Positions 24,071-36,830 of a stretch of 64,000 nt of DNA are shown here, in pieces. Numbering within the stretch: position 1 is the stretch's first letter; every line of letters starts with the position of its first letter. This DNA is from Vicugna vicugna (Eukaryota): NCBI GenBank assembly GCA_013265495.1, contig MU058781.1, positions 2,148,158 to 2,212,157 on the forward strand, given 5' to 3'. The position numbers and the translations under genes were made by a program. The notes beneath the pieces were generated by a model that ran no database searches, was not told the origin of the DNA, and saw only the letters and a list, made by a program, of their open reading frames with translations.

Positions 24071-25554
24071 CAATGATTGTTAGACTAATGCCTCCTTCCA
24101 ATGACCTTCCTAACAACCTTGGGAAGCAGGAGAGGACCTACTGCTCATATCATTTTATGTATTAGGAAAATATGACCTAGGAAATACTGAATCAACCACA
24201 AAAGTACTCAGTGTTAGAAGTAAACTCAGCTCTTAGACACATTGAGGTTTTTTGCCTATTAATCTGATTAGATACTTAGATACTGTTTAGATATTCAGAT
24301 TCTCAGTTAGTGACTCTGGCGATGGTGTCCATGCCCTGTGGGTGGATTTGATTTTGCAGGAGGCTTTGGAATGTGTGGGATGGGAGACCCCCTTGGTGTC
24401 AGCCATGATCTGAAGGCAGCGGGAGAGCAGTGGACCCATGGGTTTGGGGTTAGAAGACAGACTCTGGCTCTGGTGCTGGCACAAACTGGCAAGATGACGT
24501 TGGGCACTTCACTATTCTTGGCCCTAGGTTTCTTCTTTAAATTGAAAAGACTGTGTTTGATGACTTCTGAAGCGTATTAAAAATCTGATTCTATGATTCT
24601 GAATCTGAATGGCCCTAAGAGACTGTAAGGGGCCCACAGACATACGGAGGCAGAGATTTGTCCCCTCTCATTTCAACAAGAAGGGAAACCCCCACCATGG
24701 GAAATGCCTTGTTATGGCCAGAATTACAGAGAAGCAATGGCATAGACAACATCAGGCAGCCAAGTCTTTATTAATATCTGAGTTACAGGAACAAGCCTAG
24801 TGGGGACTTAAAGGAATTCAGTGTGCACTCCAAGGATCCACAAGCAGAAATCCTTCATGAACTCCCTGGCCACAGAATAGAAGTCCTAGAACAAAGCCCA
24901 CTTTGATCTTCTGTTTTGGTTAGCGCTGATACCGAATTTCCAGCATAAACTATGGTGCTTGTACTGCTTGCGTGCCAGCAATAAAAAAGGCTAGTTCCAG
25001 CATGTGCAATTCAGGCTGGGAAATTCCCTCAAGATTCTAGCTGATCATCTCGTATTTAACTTTTTTCATAAGTGTGCCAGTTTCAAAATACCAGAAGTTC
25101 TCATTGAAGGATAAGCACAAAGAACTGGACATCCTGGTGTTTGGAACAAACATTCCAGCTCATTGGCATCACAGTCCTTACTGTAATATCGGGGATAACA
25201 GCAGTGACCACACTGCAGTGTAAAAATCCCTGCGGAGCTCCCAGGGAAAGCCCTTCCATTTATGGTAAAAGACAGTAAAGAACTGGGGAGCCAGTGTTTA
25301 AACCGAGGCATTTTGTGCTTGTGGTCGCACTTGCAAGGTGCTCCACTGTTGACATCAGTGGCCCTCAAGAAACTGCCTCCAACTTCGGAGGCCCTGGGAC
25401 TTTGACCATTAGCTATCAATTTGGTTTTGGAATCCACTGTCTGATTTTGGGCAGACTTTGGTCCTAGCTTTGGGAAGCTTCTGATTTGCTGGTTTGCTCT
25501 GTGTTCAGATCCCTAAATTGGAACACATGACTTGATAGCTTGTCTGACAATGGT

Positions 25555-25723
25555 CTGGGCCCTGGCAACCCACAGCTGGTCCATGGACCAGCAACATCCG
25601 CATCCCCTGGGAGCTGTTAGAAATGCAGACTCTCAGCCCCACCTTGGACTTACTGAATCAGATCTACACTTTAACAAGACCCTGGGGCGATTCACTTGCA
25701 CGTTTCGGGTTGAGAAGCCCTGT
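25555..25723 (+). mobile_element. MER5A hAT-Charlie MITE
   Basis: tggaccagcaacat...ctgggagctgttagaaatgcagactctcagcccc...actgaatcaga...tttaacaag...ttgagaagc. Confidence 0.9.
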
Positions 25724-27089
25724 GCTAGAATACCTGAAAGAGATGCAGTCCACCCTGCACATCATGAGACAGATCTGCCACTGCAATGGTCCACGGTAGT
25801 TTGGATGTAAGAAGAAAGGCCTAAATTCAGGAAACTCAGGGGGCACAATCAGAACTTTACCTGTTTTCTGTTCTGAAGTGTTACCACTTTTTTCAGCCAA
25901 AAGAATTTTCTTTTCTATTAAAAGAAATGTATTTGGGAAAATAAGCCAAAATGAAACCAAAAAAAAGGAAAAGCACTCGTGATATCACCACTCAACAACA
26001 CGAACAAATAAATGTAAGTGCCCTATTGCTTTTTTAATCCCACTCACCAAAGTATACACTGCTAACCAGTTCACCTGTATCCTACCCAAGATACACCTGT
26101 GCTTATATGTTTGAGAATATACATATACATATACATATAATGTAAACCATTCTTAATGATTATTGTTCCATATGCTTTCTGAGCTAGCACAATTAAAACA
26201 TATTAGATGGAGCTCACTGAAAAGTCTTCCATTTAAAGCAGCAGCTCTGTGTGAGAAGCATTTTGCTGAAAGAGAGGACAGCAGGGGGCCTTCTGCAAAG
26301 TAGGACAACACAAACCAAATGGGAGTCCCAGGTGTCAGCCAGACAGCCAGCGCCCCCAGTTTTCCTTTCTGTTTTCTTCAGGTCTCCCTGCCAACTGCAC
26401 AGAACACGCAGGACTCTCTCCAATGACCCGTGTCCTTCTGGAATTTATAAATGTGGCTCACACTTGGAGGGAGGGTGGGGCCAACAAAGACTATGAGATT
26501 CAGGCTACACACCCCGCAAAGTCATGAAAGAGCTCCAAGACTCCTGTGAGGAGGGGATTGTTTCTTAACAAATAGTTTCCAATTGCTTGACAACACTCTT
26601 AATGTGTTCTAAGCTGGAGCTTTTATTCCTTCTTGGAAGACTAGGCCATAATTCAATTGAGGTCATCATTTTCGAATTCTTCTCTAATATTTATTAGGAA
26701 AATTCTTCACTTAGTTTCCTTGACCCACTTACAATGTCATTGCTCTGAGCCCTTCTAAAATTAAAAAAACCAAAAAAACAAAACAAAAAAACCTCCATAT
26801 ATACACACACCACCTGAATTCAACAATCCTGATAGCTTACAACTTTCTTACACACTAAACCTCCACCCATTTCCCTTCTTCCTTTTATATTCCTTGACTT
26901 AAATTTTATTTCTTTTATATTCTTGGAAAGTTTGGGGCCCGCTGGTAACCAGTACTTTCCTGTTCTGAAGAAATCTCATCTGAGGAAATAACACAGTCAT
27001 AGGCCAAGGAGACTGTATCTTTTCTTCTCACATGTGGGGTTTGGAGAGAAAGGATTGCTTCCCTTCTGACCCGCTTCTTTCTTTGTCTG

Positions 27090-27501
27090 TGTATTGGTTT
27101 CCTGTTGCTGCTGTGACAAATTAACATAAGTATAGTGACTTCAAGCAATAATTTGTTATCTTATAGTTCTGGAGGTCAGAAGTCCAAATCTGTCTCATTG
27201 GGCTGAAGTCCAACTGTCAGGAGGGCTGGTTCCTCCTGGACGTTCTAGAGGAGAATCCATTCTTTGCCTCTTTCAGCTTCTAGAGGCTGCCAGCTTTCAC
27301 TGGCTCCTAGCTGCTCACTTTAATCTCTGCTTCCATCATCACACCTCTGATTCTGACCCTCTCTCTCATAAGGACCTTCATGATTTCATCCTTAACTTAA
27401 TCGCATCTGCTAAGTCCCTTCGCCATGTGTAAGATAACAGTCCTAGGTTCTGGGGATTAGGATGTGGACATCCTTAGGGGGACTTTATTCTGTCTACCAC
27501 A
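27090..27501 (-). mobile_element. MaLR MLT1 (C/D-like) solo LTR
   Basis: TG...CA termini; agttctggaggtcagaagtcc and ggttctggggattaggatgtggacatc. Confidence 0.9.
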
Positions 27502-28489
27502 GCCCAAAAGGCAAAAATACTTAAACTGTGACCTCTCAGCATGTTCCATCAGCTTAGGTGGAATTTTACTTATTGCATATAGCTTGAGCTGCTTGGAATC
27601 ATACCACATGACAATTCCCAGACGCCTCAGAGAGGGAGAGGCAGAATAATACTTTTGATAGACCTCTGGGGTGTATTTTTACTAGGATCGAGTCTACATG
27701 AAAAAGGAAGAAGGTATAAAAAAGGGATGTGGAAGCTTGAAAGAATGTATTAACCATCAAATATCTATTATTTACTGAACATCTATGTTCTAAGCATTGT
27801 GCTAGGTACTCTGCACATGTTATCTCATTTAATCTGCACAATGGGTCAGAACAGCAAGCATTGGGTTCTTTGCTTTAGAGATGAAAAAACTGATTGTACA
27901 AGTATTATGGGCTATTTGTACAGCTTCTGTCCTAGGTCAGTGCTCAGGGACCACTACTTATCAGTAGAGATGCTGTTTCTGAATGTAGTTTTTAATAACT
28001 AGACTTACATTTCCCAAAGGAAGTGTATCTACAGATTTCCCAGAAACTCTCCACTGTTGGTAAACTTAGTCGAACCTAGAACATCAGCAGAATGAGTCCG
28101 GCATCATGAGAGAGGATAGGGTTTATCTTCCTTTCTGGCGGATTCACTCACTCACTCACTCATTACTTTCCTTCCCCACTTAATTGGCCAACAGCCTGTT
28201 GTATCTGCTTAACTTTGATCAAAACTGAAATTGTATAGTGTCCTTACGGTTGGAATTAAGACCCTGTTAAAGAATACATCCATATTTGATTTACTTTGAT
28301 TAAATACCTATCACAGGCTGGGGGTTGAGCTGGGTTCCTGGTACACAGCTCATTAAAAGTCTCGTGGAAATGGGGCTGCCGCCGGCATGTGCTACTCCAG
28401 TAGGTAAGAGGTCAAGTGGCTTAAAGTGATAAGGAGCACTTCATGGTCTAACTACTTCCATTATTCTCTGACCTGCAGAAGAGCCAGAT

Positions 28490-29841
28490 TGATGCAAGAA
28501 AAACGGATGTGGGGTGTGAGGAGGTGCTAAAGCCTGTGACACCACCAAGGGTTCGAAAACCTGTGACCCGTGAAGAGAGCACTTGCCGGCAACTCTTGTT
28601 CAGCGGTACAAAACCCATGATCCACAGGGGGAGTGCCCACACGCGACTCCCACCTACGGATGCAATGAGGCTGTGCACCCCGAGGGCACTCGGGGAGGGC
28701 CGGGCCGCAAATTTTTAAAGGGGAACTCCCGGAGTCCCCTAACTGGGGCCCCCTTTCGCAGTTCCGGTGTTCTGGAACCAGACCAAGACCGTGTAGAGAA
28801 GAGGAATTGGGCTCAAGGAACTACGGAGGGGACTCTCACCCAGTCAGGTTGCCAATTACTTGGTTGCCAATTACTTGCCACATGGTCTTAGTCTGGATGT
28901 CTGAGTGGTCTCCTTGGTGGATCTTCTTGAGTACAAAGAGATAGAGTGATAAAGGAGAGAATGAGAAAAGGTTGAGGGGAGAAAAGCCTTGGGCTCAGTG
29001 GGCTCCTTCACAGCTAGAGAACTGGTCTCTGCCAGATCCTGCAGGCAGCGTCAGCTGCCACCTAAAGGGCTACTTGAATCTGCATGGCACGGGAGAAACT
29101 CCCTGCCACCCTCTGAAGAGAGAGGAGCCGTAGCCCAATAGGTGGATCAAGATTATGCCCTTCAAGCCCCGTTTCTTTACGTAAATGCCCCATGTTGGGC
29201 GCCAAAGATATGATGCAGGAAAAGCGGATATGAGGCGTGAGGAGGGCCATGTCCCAGGCTTCAGTTGAGCCCATAGGACATGCCCTGCCAAGTGTGGGTC
29301 CTTGGCTTCACTCAGGAAAGAATTGAAGAGCAAGCCACAGTTGAGTCAAGGTAGATTTAGAGAGATACATTGAAAGGCAAGAGAAAGGCCATGAGGTGTG
29401 GGGGTTGAGTGCTCAGATTAGAGTAAAAGTAGGTATACACTCCACAGGCAGAGTGCGGGGCAACTCCAATGGGGGAGACAGAGAGGGCGGTGGCGAGGCA
29501 CCGTGTTGCCAGTTTTTATGGGCTTGGTGGCTTCATATGCTAGTAAGTGGAAGGACCAGTCTAACTAGCCTGGGGAAGGGGCTGGGATTCCCAGGAAGTT
29601 GGCCATTCCCACTCTTTGACCTTTTGTGGTTAGCCTTGGGACTGTCATGGCGCTTGTGGGCATGCTATTTACTAAGTTACTATATTACAATGGGTGTATA
29701 ATGAAGCTCAAGATCTGCTAGAAGTCAAATCTCCCACCATCTTGAGCCTCAAGGCCTATTGGGAGTTGAATCTTCCACCATTTTGATGTTAATTGCTGTA
29801 TCATTCCTTGAATGGCTGTGCCCTGCCCCATTCCTGTCTCA
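28490..29841 (-). mobile_element. Internally deleted ERV1-class (MER41-like) provirus: 5' LTR 29211-29841, PBS, leader, 3' LTR stub 28490-28524
   Basis: AGAT TSD at 28486-28489 and 29842-29845; TG..CA ends; stub is 30/35 identical to the LTR end; MER41-like cccacaagcgccatgacagt on the minus strand. Confidence 0.88.
29187..29204 (-). other. Retroviral primer-binding site, tRNA-Lys1,2
   Basis: Minus strand TGGCGCCCAACATGGGGC matches TGGCGCCCAACGTGGGGC at 17/18, 6 nt inside the LTR end. Confidence 0.9.
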
Positions 29842-30056
29842 AGATGACTGGACCTCAACTGGGTTTCAGTATTTTTACCTCTTATTCTCCAATCCCACGG
29901 AACTTCTGTTTCAAAATACGTGTCTGTTCATTGTCAGGCTAGATTCACCTGTCATAAATTTTTGTGTGTTCTAAGGAGAAAATAGAAAATAAAGCCATAA
30001 TATAAGAACGTAAACCAATTCCAGCCAATCTGGACATTTCTTAGGCTATACCCAAC

Positions 30057-30234
30057 TGTTGGTGTGTTGGAGCTGGCCTGTACTCATGTCTTGCCAAGTC
30101 CCTGTTTGGTTGTTCAGTAATGTCAGGTCTGCAGCTTGAAACTGCCCGTGGTAGGGCTATTTACACTCTGCAAATCTGCAAGTGCTATAAATAAGAGTTT
30201 TCCCTTGAAGACCCAGTTTCCCAGCATACCACTG
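30057..30234 (+). mobile_element. MER63-like hAT-Blackjack MITE
   Basis: TIR-like ggtgtgttggagctgg ... ccagcataccactg; internal gcttgaaac and tatttacac. Confidence 0.75.
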
Positions 30235-30459
30235 TTGCCAGCACATATATTTTGTGTGTTAAAGAGTCAATTAAAATAAGTAATCAATTAGCTATATGAA
30301 GAAAAGCTAAAACTTGTTAGCATTAGTAGTTTAATAATGCTTAAAAGAGCAATATTTTAAAATCACAGATCTGTGTGCTAGAAGAGATCCTACATTAGCC
30401 AGAATATTTTTCCATTTGCCAGATGAGGAGACAGAATTGACTCAATAAGAAAAACTCTG

Positions 30460-30660
30460 TATAGAATAGATAAACAAGTTTATACTATATAGCACAGAGA
30501 AATATATACAAGATTTTGTGATAGCTCACAGTGAAAAAGAATGTGACAATGAATATATGTATGTTCACCTATGACTGAAAAATTGTGCTCTACACTGGAA
30601 ATTGACACAACATTGTAAACTGACTATAACTCAATAAAATAAAATAAAGAAGAATAAAAA
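30460..30660 (+). mobile_element. Young L1 3' tail inserted in a MIR-like remnant
   Basis: Same family as 20.5 kb; TSD aataagaaaa(a/g)ctctg at 30444-30459 and 30661-30676. Confidence 0.92.
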
Positions 30661-31859
30661 AATAAGAAAAGCTCTGAATCCTTCTTTTTGGACAATCCAA
30701 GACAGATCCTCTTGGAGATGCCTTACTGCACTTTTCCCCAAAGTTTCAGCCCTTAGGGTTCAAAGGTTATGGGTATCTGCAAGAACAGGGTAGTCAAAGC
30801 TCTGGGGGAGACAGGGGAGGCAGAGTGAGGGAGTGAATCCAGGATTCAGTGATTTTGGTGGACATGTCAGGGATGGTTTGCCTCTGCCTAGACTTGTAAC
30901 AATTAACAAGAAAAACAATTCCTGTTTTTTTACAAGTCCTTTATTAATTCCAAACCACCTTTGAATGTCAAGCATGGAGATCCTAGGCCCAGAGTGAGGG
31001 TCAGCCATGGGCCATTACTCTCAGCTACAGAAACTTCTGTGACACATGCAGGAACGCGGTCTTAGGAAAAATCCAGGACAGAGGAAGGTGCTTTGTGTCA
31101 AGTGTTCAGGAAGTCATCCTTCCATGGCTAACCAAACCAAACAGACTAATTTGCTTTAAAAATTTACATAAGCAGAAAATCTACCACGAAACAGCCTATA
31201 GAGGATAGGCTTTCAGTAATTAGCATCCAGAGAAGAACACATAAGTGTTTTTTCTGTCAACATTCCCCTGCTCTGCACTTCCTGCTCTGTTTGCTGGCCT
31301 CAGCCCCACACTGAGCCTGTTGGAGCATGAAGCTGGGGAGGTCAAGCATCTCATATGGACTCAATCACAAATGTCACTTTCCTTCTTCCAGCCCACAAGC
31401 CACTGGACCATGTAGGGCGAAGGTTAGAATTATAGTTCTTGGCATTACTCTGTGTTCCTGGGAGCAGTCTTCTCTCCCCATGTCCCTCTGGCCTCCACAT
31501 GTCACCTCCCACTCCCAACCCCGCCCCAACATATAACAATTCTTGCAAAAATAAATGAACAGGAAAGATCGTATAATTAACAGTTTACATATGAACTCTG
31601 CTATGTTGTAAAAGCTGAGTTCTTGTAGCCAACAACCTAAGGTGAATCTGGTTGTGTATATTTTATATGGTAGCAGCTGGAAATGGGGTTTCTGATTCCG
31701 GAAGACCCTACAGCAATGGTTGTGGATTAGCGCAGCAGATTATTTCCAGTAATTTTACTAGCCTCCTACTCCCCCTCCTTCTTTAAACTTTTTAGCAATC
31801 GCTGCCAGGCATTGAATGACGGGGACTAACTTTTTTACTATCTATCCAGGGCCCCTCAA

Positions 31860-32170
31860 AAGAGTTTCTGAGGCCTGACAAAGATGAGTCTGGCAGCTGA
31901 ACACATCATGTAATGGAGAGGAAAGGTTAGGGGCGGGGAGATCAGTGAGGATTCCCCTGTCATGAGGCAGGTTGTGATGGTGATGAGCCTGGAGACGGAG
32001 AGATAGGGAGTGAGAGGAAAAATGGAAAAGATTTTGTTACTGATGGGACTTAGGGATTCCAGCATTAGGAAGAATCAACTCTGACTCCAAGGGTTTGAGT
32101 CTGAGCCATGAGAGAACGGGGATACCATTGACAGACGTGGGGAGAAATAAAAAGGAATCAGTCCTGGAGC
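31860..32170 (-). mobile_element. L2 fragment (probable)
   Basis: aaagatgagtctggcagctg...tgactccaagggtttgagtctgag is typical antisense L2. Confidence 0.55.
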
Positions 32171-32643
32171 AATGAGTACATAAGGGGAAATTTTGGGGAT
32201 AACACTAGTATTATTAAACATGGACTCTATGGTACCAGCCCATGGGGACAGTACTATCAAAAGAAATACTAAATAAGCACTGCCCTGCCTAAGGCAATCG
32301 TGCAGAGGGCGGAAGAAAAGCAAACTGAAAAGGGTTAGCCCTTTTCCCTCCCCAGAGGCTTGTTCTCCTTGACAGGTTACTACTGCTATGCATTTATAGC
32401 CCCTTGGGACAGAGCAAGATTCCTGGCAGCCACTCAGGTAAGACTCGCTCGCCAAGTGAGACCACCTGTAAAGTTTCAATTCCAGAAAAGTTGATTCTGG
32501 GTCTTTCACTTATTCCACAAACACTGATTGACTATCTTGTAGGACAGGCTCTGGGCATGGCCCTGGGGCACAGGGTAAACAAGACAGACACAGTCCCTCC
32601 ACCATGAGTACACACAGGTGTGTCTTAAAACCCTGACAGATGG

Positions 32644-33026
32644 TGTATTGGTCTGCTAGGACTCCACAACAAAGTATCACAGACTAGGGGGCTTAAACAG
32701 CAGAAATTTATTTCTTCATGGTTCTGGAGGCTGGAAGTTCAAGATCAGGGTGTTGGCAGTATTAGCTTCTCCTGAGGTCTCTCTCCATGTTTTGTAGATG
32801 GCTGGCTTCTCCCTGTGTCCTCACATCATCTTGCCTCTGTGTGTGCGTGTCCTAACTCCTCTTAACTCCTCTTCTTCTAAGGATGCAGTCATACTCAAGT
32901 AAGGCTCACCATATGACCCTCATTTAACCTTACTCACCCTGTCTCCAAATGCAGACAGATTCTGAGGTTCTGGGGGTTAGGACTTCACCATACGTATTTT
33001 AGAGGGACACAATTCAGCTTAAAACA
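32644..33026 (-). mobile_element. MaLR MLT1A/B solo LTR
   Basis: TG..CA termini; ggttctggaggctggaagttcaagatc; 5-bp TSD gatgg / gattg. Confidence 0.92.
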
Positions 33027-34509
33027 GATTGTTCCCTGAATGACTACCTTGCCAAGGATTATTCTGTGACATTCTGTGTAATCAACAGAATGTCTCCTGG
33101 CTCCTAGTTTTGGGGAAGGCCATCTCATGGGCATGGGGAAGCCAGCATGTCTAAGCTAGCTCTGACCAAAAAGAAAATCCATATGTGGCAATGGACAGGC
33201 TGTCCTTCTGCACAGGGAAGTAAGGCCTCTTGTTTCTTGAAATTTGTGGACAGAACTGGGCTTTCTGTTCACAGAAGTGGAGTGGTTGGTGTGGTGTGGT
33301 GATGTGTGTGAAAGGGAAGAACTGCTGACAACAGGTAGGCCAAGCCACCTGCCTTCAGGCCTGCTCTCCAACTCAGGGGACACTTGGAGGAGCTATTCCC
33401 ACCTCCATGTGGGGTTTTGAGGGTTCCTCTACCTCTGCCCAGGTCCCTGAGGCACTGCTCTTTCCCACCTGTCACTGACATAGCACTTGCCCATTTTGTC
33501 CTCTTCAGCTAAGATACTCTTGCTATTCAATACAATGTGAGAAAAATCTCAAGATTGGCATGAATAACCACAACTTTCATAGCTGTTTCCTGTTCTATTT
33601 ATCATGACAACAAAATCTTTCTCTAAGACCTTTTCTACACTCCATTCTGAGACCAGGATCTTTCCTGTAGATTGCCTCCTCTGGGCTGCAATTGCTCAAA
33701 CTGAAACTCAGTGACTTCTTAGGACTTAGCTCATGAAATTTCCCTGAATCAAAACTCAGTCCTCCTAGGATCATATTTCCCATGCTCAAGTCCTCTGTAC
33801 TAAGCTCATAAAGTTTTCTCATTTTTCTTCGAGCTCACAGTTCTTTGTAAAATTATTATATATTTTTACAGTTCTTTCCTATGACTACCCAGAGTTCCCA
33901 GCCCACCTGGGTGGTATGGAATTCAAATTCATGGCTCCATGACTCAAATACTGGCACAAAGTCATTTTATCTAAATTATACATGATTACTCTAGTCTTAA
34001 ACAGAATTGCATCTGGTTGACAATACACCTATGATTGTAGAAGGGTGAGCACACATGGCTTTGCAGGGGAGTGTTTATATATGGGAACTATTTTTCTCTG
34101 GAAGTATAAGTCCCATGAGCTTACTAGATCTTTTTTATTTGTTTTCAAATTCCAATATTCATGCCTGAATTGCTGACAAAACCAGATCTTTTCCAGCAGG
34201 CTTGGCCACAGTGTTTAAAAGTCCATAAAAATCAGACAATAGGTTGTTAACATTTAAGCCAAGTGTTAAAAAGTTAAAAGAACCCATGGTAGGCTAAGAA
34301 ATCACTTCAGGCCCTTGTTAAGCCAGTATGGGATACTACATAAGATCTCGCTTAGTGTTAATGCTATTTTTACAGAACTATTTTATAACTTGATTGTTGA
34401 AAAGGGAAAAAAAGTTACTTTCTTGTAAAAATGAGAATGTCTTAATGGGAGCACTTTAGATTGCTAAGCGCAGGCTGAGATTTCTCCTTTTCACATTTTG
34501 TAATTAGGA

Positions 34510-34835
34510 CAATTCTCTGCAGCTTGGCTTCCAGGAAAGCAGACTCTGAGATGTGCCTCCAGGGACAGGACTGGAGAGCACTCTCAGGATCAAGGCCTGT
34601 GGGGACAGAGTGAGAAGCTGGGCGACTATGTAGTCATCACAAAGTCTCAGCTAACCCCAAGGGTGGGAGGGTCTCTGAAGCAGGGATGGCCCTTCAGAGA
34701 TGTCCTGAGTTGGGGAGAACGACCCAGCATTTATACCCTGAGTCAGCCACCTACTGGATGGGTGATGTTCCAGAAAGGGGAATGACCTCTGGTGTGTGAC
34801 TCTCTTTAGCAAGTTAATTCCCAAAAGGGACCAAT
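34510..34835 (-). mobile_element. ERVL LTR33-like fragment
   Basis: aagcagactctgaga, gggatggcccttcagagatgtcctgagttgggg, tttataccc. Confidence 0.75.
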
Positions 34836-34944
34836 AGCACCAGGCACTAAATTCTTCATTTTCAAAGAGGGGATCTCAGACTCCCCTTTTTTGCAAGAAT
34901 GTGGGCCAGTTACCTAGTACCCTGCTCTGAGAGCATTTGAGGGA

Positions 34945-35418
34945 CACTATTGGAGTTTATATTGTAGCCCCCAAAAGATATGCCCATTGGAATTTTAGAC
35001 TGTGACCTCATTTGGTATGTGTCTTACTATAATTAAGATAATTAAGGTAATGTAATTAAGGTAAAGAACTCAAACTGAGATCAACCTGATTTAGGGTGAT
35101 TCCTAAATCCAACGCAGAGTGTTATTACAAGTTAGAAAAGGAGCAGACACAGAAACACAGAGAGGAGAATACTATGCAATGATGGAAGCAGAGATTGGAA
35201 TAATGCAATTTACAAACCAAGGATTATTAGGAGCCACCAGAAGCTGGGAGAGAAGCATGAAACAGATTCTCCCTCAGAGTCTCCAGAAGCAAACAACAGT
35301 GCTAGACACTCTGGCTTCAGATATCTGGCCTCCAGAACTGCGTGAGAAATAAATTCCTGCTGGCTTCAGCTACCTAGTTTGTGGTAATTTGGTGCAGAAG
35401 CCTTGGGAAGCTAATGCA
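34945..35418 (+). mobile_element. MaLR MLT1C-like solo LTR
   Basis: gccaccagaagctgg...cagattctccctcagag...tggcctccagaactg...aataaattcctg...gtttgtggtaatttg. Confidence 0.88.
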
Positions 35419-35700
35419 GGCTTGCACCTGAAAAATCCTGATCATCCAGGGTCTGTGTTGCTCTGGCACTGCTAATGAGGCACCAGGACTCCCCAACTCT
35501 AATTTTTATTGCTACTTTCTGTAGGTCTTGTTAGCTGACCCTTTACTCTCTGGTGTAGCTTTAGGAAGACTTACAAAATAGGTATCTTGTTGGCTGACCC
35601 TAAAACCTTCAGGTAAGCGGGCTCCCAGAAGAGGCTCCTAGCATGGTGCCTGCTACAGTAAATAACGCACAATTTACAATTTTCATAGTGCTCTCACATA

Positions 35701-36182
35701 CAGGCGTACCTCATTTTATTGCACTTCACTCCATTCTACTTCTTAGATACTGCTTTTTTTTTACAGATTGAAGGTTTACATGGCAATCTTGCTTCGAACA
35801 AGTCCATCAGTGCCATTTTTTCAATAGAATCTGGTCCCTTTGTGTCTCTGTGTCACATGTGGGTAACTCTTACAATATTTCAAACTTTTCATTATTGTTT
35901 TATTTGTTATGGAGATTGGTGATCAGTTATCTTCGATGTTACTATTGCAAAAAAATTATGACTTGCTGAAGGCTCAAATGATGGTTAGCATTTTTTAATA
36001 ATAAAGTATTTTTAAATTAAGATATGTACACAGTTTTTTAAGACATAATGCTATTGCACACTTATTAGACTACAGTATAATGTAAACATAACTTTTATAT
36101 CCACTGGGAAATCAAAAAATTCATGTCTCACTTTATTGCAGCGGTCTGGAAGCGAACCTACAAAATCTCTGAGGTCTGCCTG
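35701..36182 (+). mobile_element. Complete Tigger1 deletion derivative with both TIRs
   Basis: TA|caggcgtacctc ... gaggtctgcctg|tg; Tigger1 left and right ends fused. Confidence 0.92.
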
Positions 36183-36354
36183 TGTGTTATTTTATCCTCA
36201 AAGCAGCTCAATGAGGAGGGAAGCCAAGGACAGTTACTTATTCTACCCTAGAGAAGACTGAAACTTAAGAGAACATAGGACTATTACATTTGTTCCATTA
36301 TTTGCTAATACATTTATGATGGAATCAGAGGGGGTCAGATTATTTCTTTCTCTT

Positions 36355-36830
36355 GCATCAATTAGGAATGTATTTGGCAAAAAGTATCAAATATAGCCAC
36401 TAGTTGTGGCTTTAAGAAAAAAAGCATTTGTTCATCTTACAAAATGGTAGTCTGAGGAAGCCAGATCAGGGATCCCCATGCCCCAGGGACTGGAACATTC
36501 TGTATTTCCATAGTGTCATGCTTAGCACATAGGAAGGGTCCTCATACTTGCCATCCTTTTTTTCCAGTATGGCGGTTGCAACTCCAGGCTGTAGGGAGAT
36601 GGGAAGGGGGAAAAGAGGGGTAATGGGGGCCACAGAATGAAGAGCTTCCTCTTACGGAGGCTCCTTCTCCCCCGTGGCTTCTGCCTGCATATCACCAGCC
36701 AGGATTGTGTCACATGGTACATGGCTTCCTTAAGGAGGAAAGTTGGGGAGGGAGGGGTGGATTTTGCTAAAGAGCTAGCCAGCTGCCTTAACCCTATTCA
36801 AAGCATTGGGCTGAATTTAGAAGAGGAAGT
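36355..36830 (-). mobile_element. Old MaLR (MLT1J/K-like) LTR
   Basis: attaggaatgtatttggc...gtggctttaa...atggcggttgcaactccaggc...ccaggattgtgtcacatgg. Confidence 0.6.

Noticed and set aside
28545..28565. GGTTCGAA tRNA T-loop/B-box
   Set aside because: Lies in the ERV leader; no cloverleaf or A-box.
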